Sequence record: DRR378314_1792
Reading direction: 5' to 3' (one strand)
DNA length: 64,000 nucleotides
Part shown: piece by piece, positions 1-10,299 of the stretch
How positions within the stretch are numbered: position 1 is the first letter of the stretch
How the letters are laid out: every line of letters starts with the position of its first letter
The notes under the pieces: generated by a model
Database searches by the model: none
The model's input: the letters and a program-made list of their open reading frames with translations, nothing else
What the model was told of the DNA's origin: nothing
Made by a program: the position numbers and the translations under genes

Positions 1-1999
1 GCAGCAGGGCGGCGGCATCGGCTATGATTTTTCAACCCTTCGCCCCAAGGGCGCCCCGGTGCAAAGCATGGGCTCTGATGCGTCCGGCCCGCTCAGCTTT
101 ATGGATGTCTGGGACAGTATGTGCAGAACCATCATGAGCGCCGGATCCCGCCGCGGGGCCATGATGGCGACCATGCGCTGCGACCATCCTGATATTCTGG
201 ACTTCATCAAAGCCAAGGAAGATCCTGGTCGCCTGCGCATGTTCAATCTTTCCGTTTTGGTGACCGACGCTTTTATGGAAGCAGTGGAAAAAGACGACGC
301 ATGGGATCTGGTGTTTGAAGGCGTTCAGTACAAGACCCTCAAAGCGCGGGAACTTTGGGATAATATCATGCGCTCCACCTATGCGTTTGCCGAACCCGGA
401 GTGATTTTCATTGACCGGATCAATGCGCGCAACAATCTTCATTATTGCGAGACTATATCGGCGACCAACCCTTGCGGCGAACAGCCGCTTCCGCCTTATG
501 GCGCTTGTCTGCTGGGCTCCATTAATCTGACCCGCTTTGTCAAAAACCCGTTTGAAACCGACGCTCATCTTGACCTGAAAGAGATGGCAAAAACCGTTCA
601 GACATCCGTTCGCATGATGGATAACGTGGTTGATGTTTCCGGCTTTCCACTTGCTGAGCAGGAAAAGGAAGCCAAAGGCAAACGGCGAATTGGGCTGGGG
701 ATCACCGGACTTGCAGATGCCTTGATCATGTGCGGCATCCGATACGGATCAGATGAGGCTTTATCTCTGACCCGCCAATGGATGAGCAATTTCCAAAAAA
801 CCGCCTATCTCGCCTCCAGCGATCTGGCAGCTGAAAAAGGCGCATTTCCCCTTTATGATGAAACCCCTTATCTAGAGGGCGAAACGATCCGGCTTTTGGA
901 TCCGGAAATTCAAAGTGCCATTCAAGAAAAGGGAATGCGAAACGCATTGGTTACCTCGATTGCGCCCACCGGCACGATTTCCCTGCTGGCCAATAACGTC
1001 TCCAGCGGGTTGGAACCGGTTTTCAGCTTTTCCTATACGCGCAACGTGCTTATGCCCGATGGCAGCCGCAAAGCAGAAGAAGTTTCTGACTACGCCTATC
1101 GCCTGTTCCGCAGGATCAAGGGGGATACCGCGCCGCTTCCTGATTATTTTGTCGATGCGCAAGTTCTCTCCCCTCAGGATCATGTGAAAATGCAGTCGGT
1201 CGTGCAGGAGTTTATTGACAGCTCAATTTCCAAGACCATCAACTGCCCGGAAGATATCACCTTTGAATCTTTCAAGGATATCTATCTGAAAGCCTATGAA
1301 ATGGGCTGTAAAGGGTGCACCACCTACCGGCCGAATGACATCACCGGTGCTGTGCTGGAAACTCGATCCGAGAGACCCTCCACGTCAGAGCAATCCAGCC
1401 TGCCGCTGGATGAGCCGGAACCCAAACCACGGGATCACCTGGAAGCCGGCGGCGTTGTCTATATGACGAAACCATTGGACCGGCCCGGAACCATTCCCGG
1501 CCAAACCTACAAACTGAAATGGCCGGAGAATAATCACGCCATGTATATCACCCTGAATGATATTATTCAGGATGGAAGGCGGCGGCCGTTTGAGATTTTC
1601 ATCAATTCCAAAAATGTCGAGCATTTCGCCTGGACAGTTGCACTGACCCGCATGATTTCTGCCGTTTTCCGCCGGGGCGGTGATGTCAGCTTTGTGGTTG
1701 AAGAATTGAAAGCTGTTTTTGATCCCCGGGGCGGTGCCTGGATGCAGGGTCGATATGTGCCGTCCTTGTTGGCGGCAATTGGTGATGTAATCGAAACCCA
1801 TATGATCCAGATCGGATTTCTACCCGATACAAAATCGGGACCCAAATCTGCAGATGTTCAAGTCAGCCCGCTGAGCGATCCCACCGGCAGACCCGCAACC
1901 GGTCTGCTCCGGCAATGCCCCGATTGCGGGGAAGCTGCTCTGGTCAAAAGTGAAGGGTGCGACACCTGTACATCCTGCGGTTTTTCCAGATGCGGTTAA
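1..1999 (+). CDS. nrdJ: Adenosylcobalamin-dependent (class II) ribonucleotide reductase, 5' end outside window; C-terminal TSCPD domain and Zn ribbon
   Basis: Frame is open from base 2 ([17 protein letters not shown]). Motifs [38 protein letters not shown], and terminal CPDC...CTSCGFSRC. Confidence 0.95.
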   Translation, partial: QQGGGIGYDFSTLRPKGAPVQSMGSDASGPLSFMDVWDSMCRTIMSAGSRRGAMMATMRCDHPDILDFIKAKEDPGRLRMFNLSVLVTDAFMEAVEKDDAWDLVFEGVQYKTLKARELWDNIMRSTYAFAEPGVIFIDRINARNNLHYCETISATNPCGEQPLPPYGACLLGSINLTRFVKNPFETDAHLDLKEMAKTVQTSVRMMDNVVDVSGFPLAEQEKEAKGKRRIGLGITGLADALIMCGIRYGSDEALSLTRQWMSNFQKTAYLASSDLAAEKGAFPLYDETPYLEGETIRLLDPEIQSAIQEKGMRNALVTSIAPTGTISLLANNVSSGLEPVFSFSYTRNVLMPDGSRKAEEVSDYAYRLFRRIKGDTAPLPDYFVDAQVLSPQDHVKMQSVVQEFIDSSISKTINCPEDITFESFKDIYLKAYEMGCKGCTTYRPNDITGAVLETRSERPSTSEQSSLPLDEPEPKPRDHLEAGGVVYMTKPLDRPGTIPGQTYKLKWPENNHAMYITLNDIIQDGRRRPFEIFINSKNVEHFAWTVALTRMISAVFRRGGDVSFVVEELKAVFDPRGGAWMQGRYVPSLLAAIGDVIETHMIQIGFLPDTKSGPKSADVQVSPLSDPTGRPATGLLRQCPDCGEAALVKSEGCDTCTSCGFSRCG

Positions 2000-2047
2000 G
2001 CCCATAAGGGATCAGGCATTTCTGACCAAGACCCCTAGTTTCGCCGG

Positions 2048-2800
2048 TTAATAGTTTTTATCCTGATCCAAATTTTGACTGAGCTTATCAGACAGGCTGA
2101 AGAACCTGTCCCGGACATCTCTGGCGAAGGGGTTGTCCTGCTCAATCGCATGAAAGACGCTTGGCGAATCGTACCGCACCATCTCGATAGCCTCTATCAA
2201 AAGATCGAAACTTTTTGTCGTCATATTCTTTGGCAGAGGTTCCATATCAACCAGAACTTTGGCAATCAGATGGGTTAGCCCCTGAACCACTGCTGCTTCG
2301 CGATCATGCTCTTCAGGGCTACTTACAATTACCTTCAGAGACAGCCTCTCTAGAAATTGTTTTACCCGGCGAAGATTATTCCCTCTCATGGGACATAGGA
2401 CAATTTTCTGGTCTTGAAGTCCATTGGCCGCACTTTGTGGCCCAAACAAGGGATGCGTGCAGATCAGATCCACATGTGCAGGTAACTTCGCCTGGAGGAT
2501 CCTGGCGGGCAACATTTTGACAGACCCGACATCAAAAACTGTCGCACCCGGTTTCAGATACGGGTTTATTTGATCAACCAGATCTTCGAGTGCCCGAACC
2601 GGAGTTGCCAGAACCACAAGGTCAGATGACGCCGTTTTGGCGATTGTCGCAAAGTTTGCATCGCCAGCTTGTAACTGGTTTTCAGAAACCGGATCGAAAA
2701 CGAACACGTCAAAATAAGGCGCCAGATGCTCAACTATCATTTGCCCAAATGCGCCAAATCCAAATATGCCTAAAGACTGCCTCTGACTATGTCGACCCAT
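2048..2800 (-). CDS. Prephenate/arogenate dehydrogenase (short TyrA family)
   Basis: GIFGFGAFG Rossmann motif, DVGSVK, HPLFGP, EHD...QGLTH. ATG at 2800 preferred; ORF extends to 2842. Confidence 0.85.
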   Translation of the reverse strand: MGRHSQRQSLGIFGFGAFGQMIVEHLAPYFDVFVFDPVSENQLQAGDANFATIAKTASSDLVVLATPVRALEDLVDQINPYLKPGATVFDVGSVKMLPARILQAKLPAHVDLICTHPLFGPQSAANGLQDQKIVLCPMRGNNLRRVKQFLERLSLKVIVSSPEEHDREAAVVQGLTHLIAKVLVDMEPLPKNMTTKSFDLLIEAIEMVRYDSPSVFHAIEQDNPFARDVRDRFFSLSDKLSQNLDQDKNY

Positions 2801-3008
2801 GCTGACCCATTTCAGAACCAGAAACCGGTTCCAACCCACCAAGATAAAAAATTTCAGTTCATCTTGTTGAGGAATTCAATCAGCACTGTCAATCCAAATA
2901 GCAAGGCCTGCACGTTAAAAGCAGTGGATTTTACGCCTAAAATCGACCTGAGAGGAGGGTTCTGAGCCTCCTGCAACGATCCCATCTGGCATCGGATGAT
3001 TTAAATCC

Positions 3009-3911
3009 CTAACCGTATTTTCGGTTCAGATGAATTCCTGTAAGGACGATGATGGCCCCCCCAAACTGGATCAGGGTCATGCTCTCATCAAAGAACAGGA
3101 TCGCTGTTACGATGGCAATGACTGGTATTAGGAAACTATATGCCATTCCGCGGGCAACACCGATCCGGCTAATCCCGGCACAATACCAGACAAAAGCAAG
3201 AGCCGCGCCCAATAAAGCAGTTGCGGCCCAGGCCACCCAGCCTTTCATGGGGATTGTGGCCCATTGCTGGTTCATCATTGCGGGCAAATCAACGAAGGTG
3301 AGGATTGTGGCGCCAAACAGCATCGCCCATGCCGTCACCAGCAACGGACCCCGTTTTGCCACCATGGGGCCCGACACAATTGTATAGATGGCCCACATGA
3401 GAGCAGCGCCGATGATCATCAGATCCCCATAAAAAGACCCGCCGCCAATCGTTATTTCGGTCAGGCTGTTATTGATGATAACCGCCACACCTGCCAACGA
3501 CATCAGAACGCCGAGCCAGCCAACGGCTCGCGTTTTCTCCCCCCGGAAGGTCACAAAAAATGTCGCGAACACGGGGGAGGTTGCCACCAGGATTGACGCC
3601 TTGGATGCGGTCGTCAGGTTCAACCCATAAGCCCAGCCACCCTGAAACAGAGCAATGCCCAAAAGACCGATCAGGATCAACTCTCCTGCTTCGCGCAGGG
3701 TGATGGAGATCCGCTCCCGCTTTAACAGCAACAGCGAAAACAGCAGCGCAGATGCTGTGAAATAGCGGGTTGCTGAAAAAACGATGGGCGGCATGTATTC
3801 CAAAACCATTTTGGCAATTGGAAAGTTCACACCCCAGGCAAAGACAGCGGCGAGCAAGAAAAAATCGCCCGGCGCCAACCTTTTGGTTTTGCTGATTGAA
3901 GCGTCCGCCAT
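3009..3911 (-). CDS. DMT/EamA family transporter
   Basis: About 10 hydrophobic segments; WGVNFPIAK...R start of the EamA repeat. Confidence 0.9.
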   Translation of the reverse strand: MADASISKTKRLAPGDFFLLAAVFAWGVNFPIAKMVLEYMPPIVFSATRYFTASALLFSLLLLKRERISITLREAGELILIGLLGIALFQGGWAYGLNLTTASKASILVATSPVFATFFVTFRGEKTRAVGWLGVLMSLAGVAVIINNSLTEITIGGGSFYGDLMIIGAALMWAIYTIVSGPMVAKRGPLLVTAWAMLFGATILTFVDLPAMMNQQWATIPMKGWVAWAATALLGAALAFVWYCAGISRIGVARGMAYSFLIPVIAIVTAILFFDESMTLIQFGGAIIVLTGIHLNRKYG

Positions 3912-4163
3912 GTCCTTATCCTTGGTTTTATTGTGCGGAATAGTCCAAATAGCTTAGCGGGCACAGCATTCTTATCACAAGATATTTCGGACACCCGACC
4001 CACAAAAAAGACGCCGCAGACCCGCAAGAATTTAAAATCAAAGACCTGGGATGTTTCAATTACACCGTCCATCAGGGTAATCTGGTTTCGCAAAATTGCC
4101 ATCATCAGTGCAAGAGCTTTTCCAGCCCACAACGGACAATAACCACCAGCCCGATCGCAGTCC

Positions 4164-4179
4164 TTAACGACCCCTTAAC
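4164..4179 (+). promoter_or_regulatory. CtrA-binding box TTAA-N7-TTAAC
   Basis: TTAAcgaccccTTAAC, exact consensus, intergenic upstream of the DUF1127 gene. Confidence 0.6.
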
Positions 4180-4185
4180 TTAGCC

Positions 4186-4200
4186 ATGCAAAAAACGCAT
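4186..4200. promoter_or_regulatory. LysR-type T-N11-A palindrome (ATGC-N7-GCAT)
   Basis: ATGCAAAAAACGCAT, about 80 bp upstream of the DUF1127 start. Confidence 0.55.
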
Positions 4201-4282
4201 AGGTGAGTGAAAATAAAGTCGCGTGCAATCCGTTAGTGGGAGGCGTACATGAGCTTCATCACATAAAATGGAGGAAATGAAA

Positions 4283-4495
4283 ATGTCATTTCACGCGACA
4301 AATTATACAAAACCTGCAAGCCCAATCGAAGGCACTTTCCGCGCCTTTTTTGATAAATTCGCTGCGACCTTTGCCCAAAAATACCGGGCCCATAAAACAA
4401 TATCTGCGCTAAACGCGCTGTCTGATTCAGAGCTGAGAGATATTGGCCTGACCCGCGGTGAAATTGTTCGCGTTGCAAGTCGCACACACTTCTAA
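4283..4495 (+). CDS. DUF1127 (YjiS-like) small protein
   Basis: LNALSDSELRDIGLTRGEI signature. GGAGG SD precedes the ATGs at 4277/4283. Confidence 0.9.
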   Translation: MSFHATNYTKPASPIEGTFRAFFDKFAATFAQKYRAHKTISALNALSDSELRDIGLTRGEIVRVASRTHF

Positions 4496-4516
4496 ATTGA
4501 CATGTAGGCGATCGGA

Positions 4517-5119
4517 CTACAAAACCTGCCGATCAATCGCCTCCATAATCGCGTGCAAGGGGCCGTCCTTAATTCCAAATTCATCCAGGTGATCCAGGGT
4601 GCTTTTGAGATAATCAACATTAGGACCGCCCCTTCCCGAAGCTCTCCCGATGATGGACGCAGCTTCCGCAACTGAATGGCCTGATGAATATTGTGCATGG
4701 TCCGGGTCCGCAACGAATGTCAGCCCCCGCACTTTTTCCTGACTTCCCAGTAACTTCAGGGACACCATTCTGGGGATGTAAACACTGGTGACCATTTCCC
4801 GACGATACAAATAATCAATCACAGGTTCGCGGATTGCGGCGGGGCACCTAATGGCCTTGCCGCGACAGGAACCCCCGCGATCCAAGCCCAGAACCAACCC
4901 CGGCTTTTCGCGCGTTCCGCGATGGACCACCGATGAGACGCAAAATGCGCGGTGATACCCAAAAAGACAGGCATCAACCACACCCTTGTGGTCAAATCCC
5001 GGGCGCCACATCAGGGACCCATAGCCAAAAATCCACAAATCCTCCCCTTCAGGAAGGTCTGGCAACGGGTAATCCACCGGCGGCAGATCCGGCTCTAACA
5101 CAAGATCATATTTTCTCAT
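4517..5119 (-). CDS. chaC: Glutathione-specific gamma-glutamylcyclotransferase
   Basis: WIFGYGSLMW, HRGT...PGLVLGL, GPNVDYL. Confidence 0.9.
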   Translation of the reverse strand: MRKYDLVLEPDLPPVDYPLPDLPEGEDLWIFGYGSLMWRPGFDHKGVVDACLFGYHRAFCVSSVVHRGTREKPGLVLGLDRGGSCRGKAIRCPAAIREPVIDYLYRREMVTSVYIPRMVSLKLLGSQEKVRGLTFVADPDHAQYSSGHSVAEAASIIGRASGRGGPNVDYLKSTLDHLDEFGIKDGPLHAIMEAIDRQVL

Positions 5120-6018
5120 GACGGTTTTTTAGCAGGCATGTTGACGAGCGCAACACCAATAATAGCAATAACCATGCCGATCAACGCATTATTGCTTAAC
5201 GTCTCACCGAACAGGAAATACGCCACAACTGCTGTACAGGGCGGCACCAGATAAAAAAGGCTGGAGACACTGGACGCGGCCCCCTTCCTCAGCAATAGAT
5301 AAAGCAGGGAAACAGCGCCGAGTGATAAAACAAAGATCAACCAGAGAAGCGCGAAAATAAGCTCCCCACTCCACCTTACGGTCATATCTTCCATCAACAG
5401 CGCAACCAGAAGAAAATAAAGGCTGGCCACCGCGAACTGAATAAAGTTTCCTGATTTCAAGCTCATCTCGGAGCAGAACTTTTTCTGATACAGGGTTCCA
5501 ATTGAAATACTGATCAGGGCAACGAAGCTGAGACTAAACCCGAACAGGCTCCCTTCATTCAGCGAAAGTTTCTCGAAAACCACAAAAAATACACCTGCAA
5601 GACCTGCAAAAAATCCGATCCATTGGCGTCGGCTGACCTGTTCCTGCAACAAAAAACCCGCAAGAGCCGCAACGATCAGAGGCTGGATCCCGGCAATCAA
5701 AGAGGAGGTTCCGGCGGAAACCCCTTCGCTGATCGACCAGAACACAGACCCCAGGTAACCCCCATGCATCAATAGGCCTGCAAAACCGATATGCACATAA
5801 TCCTGCCATCTTTTTGGCCAGACTGTACGGGTCAAGATCAGAACCGGTACCAGCAATAGAGAACAGGCAACAAACCGGATTGCCAAAAAGGTCATCGGCT
5901 CCACATAGGGCAGGCCCAGCTTGGCGCCGATAAATCCTGTGCTCCACAGGAAAACAAACAGAACCGGCATGGCTCTGATCAACAACTGATGCTCAGTTCT
6001 TTGATTTACTGACGTCAT
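5116..6018 (-). CDS. DMT/EamA family transporter
   Basis: FLWSTGFIGAK, about 10 TM; overlaps the chaC start by 4 bp. Confidence 0.9.
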   Translation of the reverse strand: MTSVNQRTEHQLLIRAMPVLFVFLWSTGFIGAKLGLPYVEPMTFLAIRFVACSLLLVPVLILTRTVWPKRWQDYVHIGFAGLLMHGGYLGSVFWSISEGVSAGTSSLIAGIQPLIVAALAGFLLQEQVSRRQWIGFFAGLAGVFFVVFEKLSLNEGSLFGFSLSFVALISISIGTLYQKKFCSEMSLKSGNFIQFAVASLYFLLVALLMEDMTVRWSGELIFALLWLIFVLSLGAVSLLYLLLRKGAASSVSSLFYLVPPCTAVVAYFLFGETLSNNALIGMVIAIIGVALVNMPAKKPS

Positions 6019-6111
6019 GGAAACAACTTGGGGAAAGACGGTGACAGGTTTTTACTCAGCTTATAGAGTGTCGCCCGCAAGCTCAAGCGAATGTCAAACA
6101 AAGGTTCCTTC

Positions 6112-7140
6112 ATGCGTATTCTGACAATTTCCCTCGTTATTCTAGCGGCTCTGATCGGCGGGTACATATACTGGTGGAATACGGTCAGCGATGAAGCCGT
6201 TAGAGGCTTCGACAAATGGAAAACGGCGCAGGCCAATCAAGGCGTTGTTGTTACCAACAAGCCACTGACAACAGGCGGATTCCCGTACCGGGTGGAACTT
6301 CGAACGAGCAACATTTCCATTGAACGCCAGGATGAAAAACTGAGCATTACGGATCCCTGGGTGGTGATTGAGCCATGGAACCTGAAGCATCTGATTTTCG
6401 GCGTCGGCGGCACTTTGACGTTCGAACGGAATGAAAAAACATTAGCCATCGAGCCGGAAAAAGCGGCTGGCAGCCTGAAATTAAATGAGAACTGGCAGCT
6501 CAAAAACCTGGCGATTGATCTTCACAATTCAAAATTTTCCGGAAGTTTGTTTGGCAAGGGTACAACAGAACGACTTCAATTGCATTTTCAGTCAGGGGAT
6601 CATAACGTCAATATGACAGGAACTGGGGCCGAGACCAAAGATCTGGAAAAGTCACCTTTCCTAAAAATTGCAGTTCGGGCTGATAAATTAAAGGCGGACA
6701 AGCTTTCACAGACACCTCTTGGGGCAAATCTTGACAAACTGCATCTGGTTGCCAAGACAGATGCAAATCTGACGTCTTTTGCCAGCCAATCCCACATAGA
6801 AGCCTGGCGGGACGAGGGGGGTGCGATCGAAATTGACGAATTTGACATCATTTGGGGGAAAACCCAGACAATTGGAAAAGGGACACTCACCCTAGATGCC
6901 AATAATTATCCACTGGGCGCCTTTACCGCCAAAATTCACGGTTTCAACCCCTTGTTTGACATCATCATCCAGCAACAGAAACTGGACAAAAAATCAGCCC
7001 AGACTGCCCGGTTTGCGTTAAACATGCTGGCAAAAACCAATGAAAATGGCGCTGAGTACCTGGAGCTTCCCTTAAGATTTCAGGAAAGAGCGGCCTATCT
7101 TGGGCCGCTACGTCTATTTAATCTGCAGCCGGTTTTCTAG
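6112..7140 (+). CDS. DUF2125 domain protein
   Basis: N-terminal anchor ending YIYWW, GGFPYR, AWRDEGG, terminal YLGPL. Alternative start 6091. Confidence 0.8.
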   Translation: MRILTISLVILAALIGGYIYWWNTVSDEAVRGFDKWKTAQANQGVVVTNKPLTTGGFPYRVELRTSNISIERQDEKLSITDPWVVIEPWNLKHLIFGVGGTLTFERNEKTLAIEPEKAAGSLKLNENWQLKNLAIDLHNSKFSGSLFGKGTTERLQLHFQSGDHNVNMTGTGAETKDLEKSPFLKIAVRADKLKADKLSQTPLGANLDKLHLVAKTDANLTSFASQSHIEAWRDEGGAIEIDEFDIIWGKTQTIGKGTLTLDANNYPLGAFTAKIHGFNPLFDIIIQQQKLDKKSAQTARFALNMLAKTNENGAEYLELPLRFQERAAYLGPLRLFNLQPVF

Positions 7141-7151
7141 GAAAGGTGCTG

Positions 7152-8090
7152 TTACGTATCGTCGTGGGGCGCAGAACGGCCGAAATCCGGTTCAGCCGTT
7201 TCCTGACCAGCGTCAATGATCTGGCGGCGGATCGCACGGGTGCGGGTGAACATTTCAAATAACGTGTCCCCGTCCCCCCAACGGATCGCCCGCTGCAAGG
7301 CTGTCAAATCTTCGGTAAACCGGCCAAGCATTTCCAGAACCGCTTCCTTATTGTTCAGAAATACGTCCCGCCACATTGTCGGATCAGAGGCGGCAATCCG
7401 CGTAAAATCTCGAAACCCACCGGCAGAGTATTTAATCACTTCCGAACGGGTCACTTCCTGCAAATCATCTGCAGTTCCGACAATGTTATACGCAATCAGA
7501 TGGGGAACGTGAGAGGTAATGGCCAGCACAAGATCGTGATGCTTGGGATCCATTATCTCGACATTGCTACCGATGCGCGACCAAAATGTTGAGAGCTTTT
7601 CAACCGCTTCATCGGTTGATTTTTCAGATGGCGTCAGGATGGACCAGCGATTTTCAAACAATTCCGCATAGCCGGCGGCGGGTCCGGATTTTTCAGAACC
7701 GGCAACGGGATGACCGGCGACGAAGTCTACCCCTTCGGGCAAAAGCGGTTCGATGGCGTCGACGACCTGTTGTTTAACCGATCCCACATCCGTGACAAGC
7801 GCCCCTTTTTCAAGATGCGGGGCGATTTCCTTCATAATGTGGGCGTAAGTTCCAATCGGGGAACATAAAATGACAAGATCTGCACCCATAACAGCATCTT
7901 TGGAATGCTCATAAGCCGTTGTTACAAGTCCCATTTCTTTGGCGATACGGCGCGTGTCATGGGTCCGGGCAGAGCAGACAATTTCCCCAACAAGCCCATG
8001 CTTCTGGGCAGCCCGGGACAGCGAGGATCCGATCAGGCCAATACCAATCAACGCCATTTTTTTAAAGAGTGGAGTTTCGACTTGCGTCAT
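7152..8090 (-). CDS. tyrC: Cyclohexadienyl (prephenate/arogenate) dehydrogenase
   Basis: GIGLIGSS, DVGSVK, HPVAGSE, SHVPHLIAY, GFRDFTRIAASDPTMWRD; follows hisC. Confidence 0.92.
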   Translation of the reverse strand: MTQVETPLFKKMALIGIGLIGSSLSRAAQKHGLVGEIVCSARTHDTRRIAKEMGLVTTAYEHSKDAVMGADLVILCSPIGTYAHIMKEIAPHLEKGALVTDVGSVKQQVVDAIEPLLPEGVDFVAGHPVAGSEKSGPAAGYAELFENRWSILTPSEKSTDEAVEKLSTFWSRIGSNVEIMDPKHHDLVLAITSHVPHLIAYNIVGTADDLQEVTRSEVIKYSAGGFRDFTRIAASDPTMWRDVFLNNKEAVLEMLGRFTEDLTALQRAIRWGDGDTLFEMFTRTRAIRRQIIDAGQETAEPDFGRSAPHDDT

Positions 8091-8091
8091 T

Positions 8092-9186
8092 TTAACGCTC
8101 CAGAAATTCGCGTAGGTAATCGATCACAGCGTGATTATCTTCATCTGTTCCAATCGACATCCGAAGACAGGTTGGCAATCCATAGGAGGCGATGCTCCGC
8201 AGGATATATCCCTTGCTGGCAAGGAACGCTTCGGCATCGGATGCAGATTTTCCCGTATCGGCAAAGTCCATCATGATAAAGTTACCGACACTATCGGGGA
8301 TCTTCAGCCCCATTCCGCGCAGGCTCTGGGTTAGAATAGGGATCCATTTGTCATTATGAACAATTGCCGCTTTCACAAAGTCCTGATCCCGAACCGCTGC
8401 AACGCCCGCTGCCTGAGCCGCCGCGTTCACGTTAAATGGCCCCCGGATCCGATGCAGGACATCAATAACCGCTTCCGGTCCATAGGCCCAACCCACCCGA
8501 AGTGCAGATAACCCATAAATCTTGGAGAATGTGCGGGTCATGATGACATTTTCATTTTCAGCGACCAATGCAGCACCGGCTTCATAATCCCCTTTAGAGA
8601 CATATTCGGCATAAGCCGCATCCAGCACCAGCAGCACATCACTTCGAAGGCCCGCATGAAGGCGTTTCACCTCATCGGCAGAAATATAGGTACCGGTCGG
8701 ATTGTTGGGATTGGCCAGAAACAAAATCCGGGTCTTCTCTGTGACAGATGCCAACAAAGCATCCACATCCGTCGTCAGATTATTCTCAGGCGCTTTAACA
8801 GGTGTAGCGCCATTTGCCTGAGCGGACAGCTCATAAACCAGAAACCCGTGTTCGGAATAAAGAACCTCGTCGCCCGGTCCACAATAGGCATTGGCAATTA
8901 ATGACAGGATTTCATCAGATCCATTCCCGCAGATTATACGATCTGCCGGCAAGGTATGTATATCCGCAATGGTATTTGTCAGCTCCTGTGATCCACCATC
9001 CGGATACAGGTGCAACGCCTCACCCACCGCAAGAAACGCCTCTTTTGCTTTTGGGCTGGCGCCGAGCGGTGTCTCGTTCGAGGACAGCTTGACAACTTTA
9101 TCCTGGCCTTCCAGCGAAGCTTTCCCGCCCACATAAGGCGTGATCTCCAGAATTCCAGTTTTGGGAGTAGGAAATGGGGACGTCAT
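8092..9186 (-). CDS. hisC: Histidinol-phosphate aminotransferase
   Basis: KLSSNETP, GNGSDE, NPNNPTG, DAAYAEY, RTFSKIYGL. Confidence 0.95.
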   Translation of the reverse strand: MTSPFPTPKTGILEITPYVGGKASLEGQDKVVKLSSNETPLGASPKAKEAFLAVGEALHLYPDGGSQELTNTIADIHTLPADRIICGNGSDEILSLIANAYCGPGDEVLYSEHGFLVYELSAQANGATPVKAPENNLTTDVDALLASVTEKTRILFLANPNNPTGTYISADEVKRLHAGLRSDVLLVLDAAYAEYVSKGDYEAGAALVAENENVIMTRTFSKIYGLSALRVGWAYGPEAVIDVLHRIRGPFNVNAAAQAAGVAAVRDQDFVKAAIVHNDKWIPILTQSLRGMGLKIPDSVGNFIMMDFADTGKSASDAEAFLASKGYILRSIASYGLPTCLRMSIGTDEDNHAVIDYLREFLER

Positions 9187-9205
9187 TGGGACACTTTCAA
9201 TTCAA

Positions 9206-10087
9206 TTATTCTTTTGAACCCATTGGGACGGCGTATGCACCCAGCACCACAGTCTTGATCACCGTGTCACCCAGCAATTGCCCGTATTTGACAAGACGCT
9301 CATCAGAGGCGGTCACAAAATCCTCGATCTGGAACAAATGCAACCAATCGCCATCCTCGATGACCGGGGACCGGCTGTCCAGGCAATACCCCTTAAGGCC
9401 AGCCTTCTCCAGAGTCTCGTTCATTCTTGCCCGGCTAACTTCTTCATTTGTCACAACCACAACCAGCGTAATATCATCACCGGATGCCTCGGGCTCTGCC
9501 TGGCCAATCACCAGCGCGTTTAAATCTTCAAAAGAGCCAGTAGCATTTTGCACGAAAGGAAGAGCCGCAAGGATCTTGGGGACATCATCACCCCCTTGGG
9601 CCAGATGCTCCCACCAGACATCTTTTTCAACATTCATCCAGGGCATAACCGCCAGCCGAGAGGGGTCAGCCGACACTTCACGCAGGACCACTGTTGGTGA
9701 TTTATGTAAGGTCATCGGAGTTGCACTGCCAAAATGCGTTCTGACCAAATCCCAATAGCCCACTGACTTTTCAGGGGCGGTAATGGCAACTGACATGGGT
9801 TTCTGCATGCGGCAAACAGCAGAGATAATTTCCCGCCAAATGCTTGCGACCACTTCATCCGGCAGATTACTCGAATGTTTTTCAAGGATCCGTCTTAGCA
9901 CCTGTGCTTCCCGGCCGGGCCGGAAGGCCAATGTGCTATGGTCGTCTTTCTTTGCTTGCGCGATATCCTTAACAATTGCAACACGCTGTTCCAGAACGTT
10001 CAGCAACTCAGCGTCCAGCCGGTCGACCTCAGCCCGAAGTTCCTCCAATTTATTATTTATTTTTGTCACGTTTTCTTCCTGAACCAT
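9206..10087 (-). CDS. Chorismate mutase with degenerate prephenate-dehydratase-like C-terminus
   Basis: LEELRAEVDRLD, FRPGREAQVLR, IWREIIS, terminal LGAYAVP; first gene of CM-hisC-tyrC. Start uncertain. Confidence 0.85.
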   Translation of the reverse strand: MVQEENVTKINNKLEELRAEVDRLDAELLNVLEQRVAIVKDIAQAKKDDHSTLAFRPGREAQVLRRILEKHSSNLPDEVVASIWREIISAVCRMQKPMSVAITAPEKSVGYWDLVRTHFGSATPMTLHKSPTVVLREVSADPSRLAVMPWMNVEKDVWWEHLAQGGDDVPKILAALPFVQNATGSFEDLNALVIGQAEPEASGDDITLVVVVTNEEVSRARMNETLEKAGLKGYCLDSRSPVIEDGDWLHLFQIEDFVTASDERLVKYGQLLGDTVIKTVVLGAYAVPMGSKE

Positions 10088-10299
10088 TTCACGTGTTAGC
10101 AAAATACCCGAGCAGCTCATCCATCTCTTCTGCAAAAACACAGAAAATATTGACAGCCCTTACTTCAGCGCCCTAGGGTCCCGACTTAATTTTACAAAAT
10201 TCCCGACGAATTCAGTATAGTTATTCAAACTGTAGCTACCAGCAAACCAACAGAAAACAAAGATTTTTCTACCCATAGAATGTGAAAAGAGTCGTTGCC

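Noticed and set aside
2953-2972. AGGAGG-N8-CCTCCT hairpin as an attenuator for the TyrA gene
   Set aside because: No Tyr/Phe-rich leader peptide found. It lies upstream of a probable TTGACA promoter element and more plausibly ends the EamA transcript.
10180-10299. SAM-II riboswitch or SahR box in the metX leader
   Set aside because: No recognisable SAM-II pseudoknot elements and only a weak half-site. A covariance-model search would be needed.
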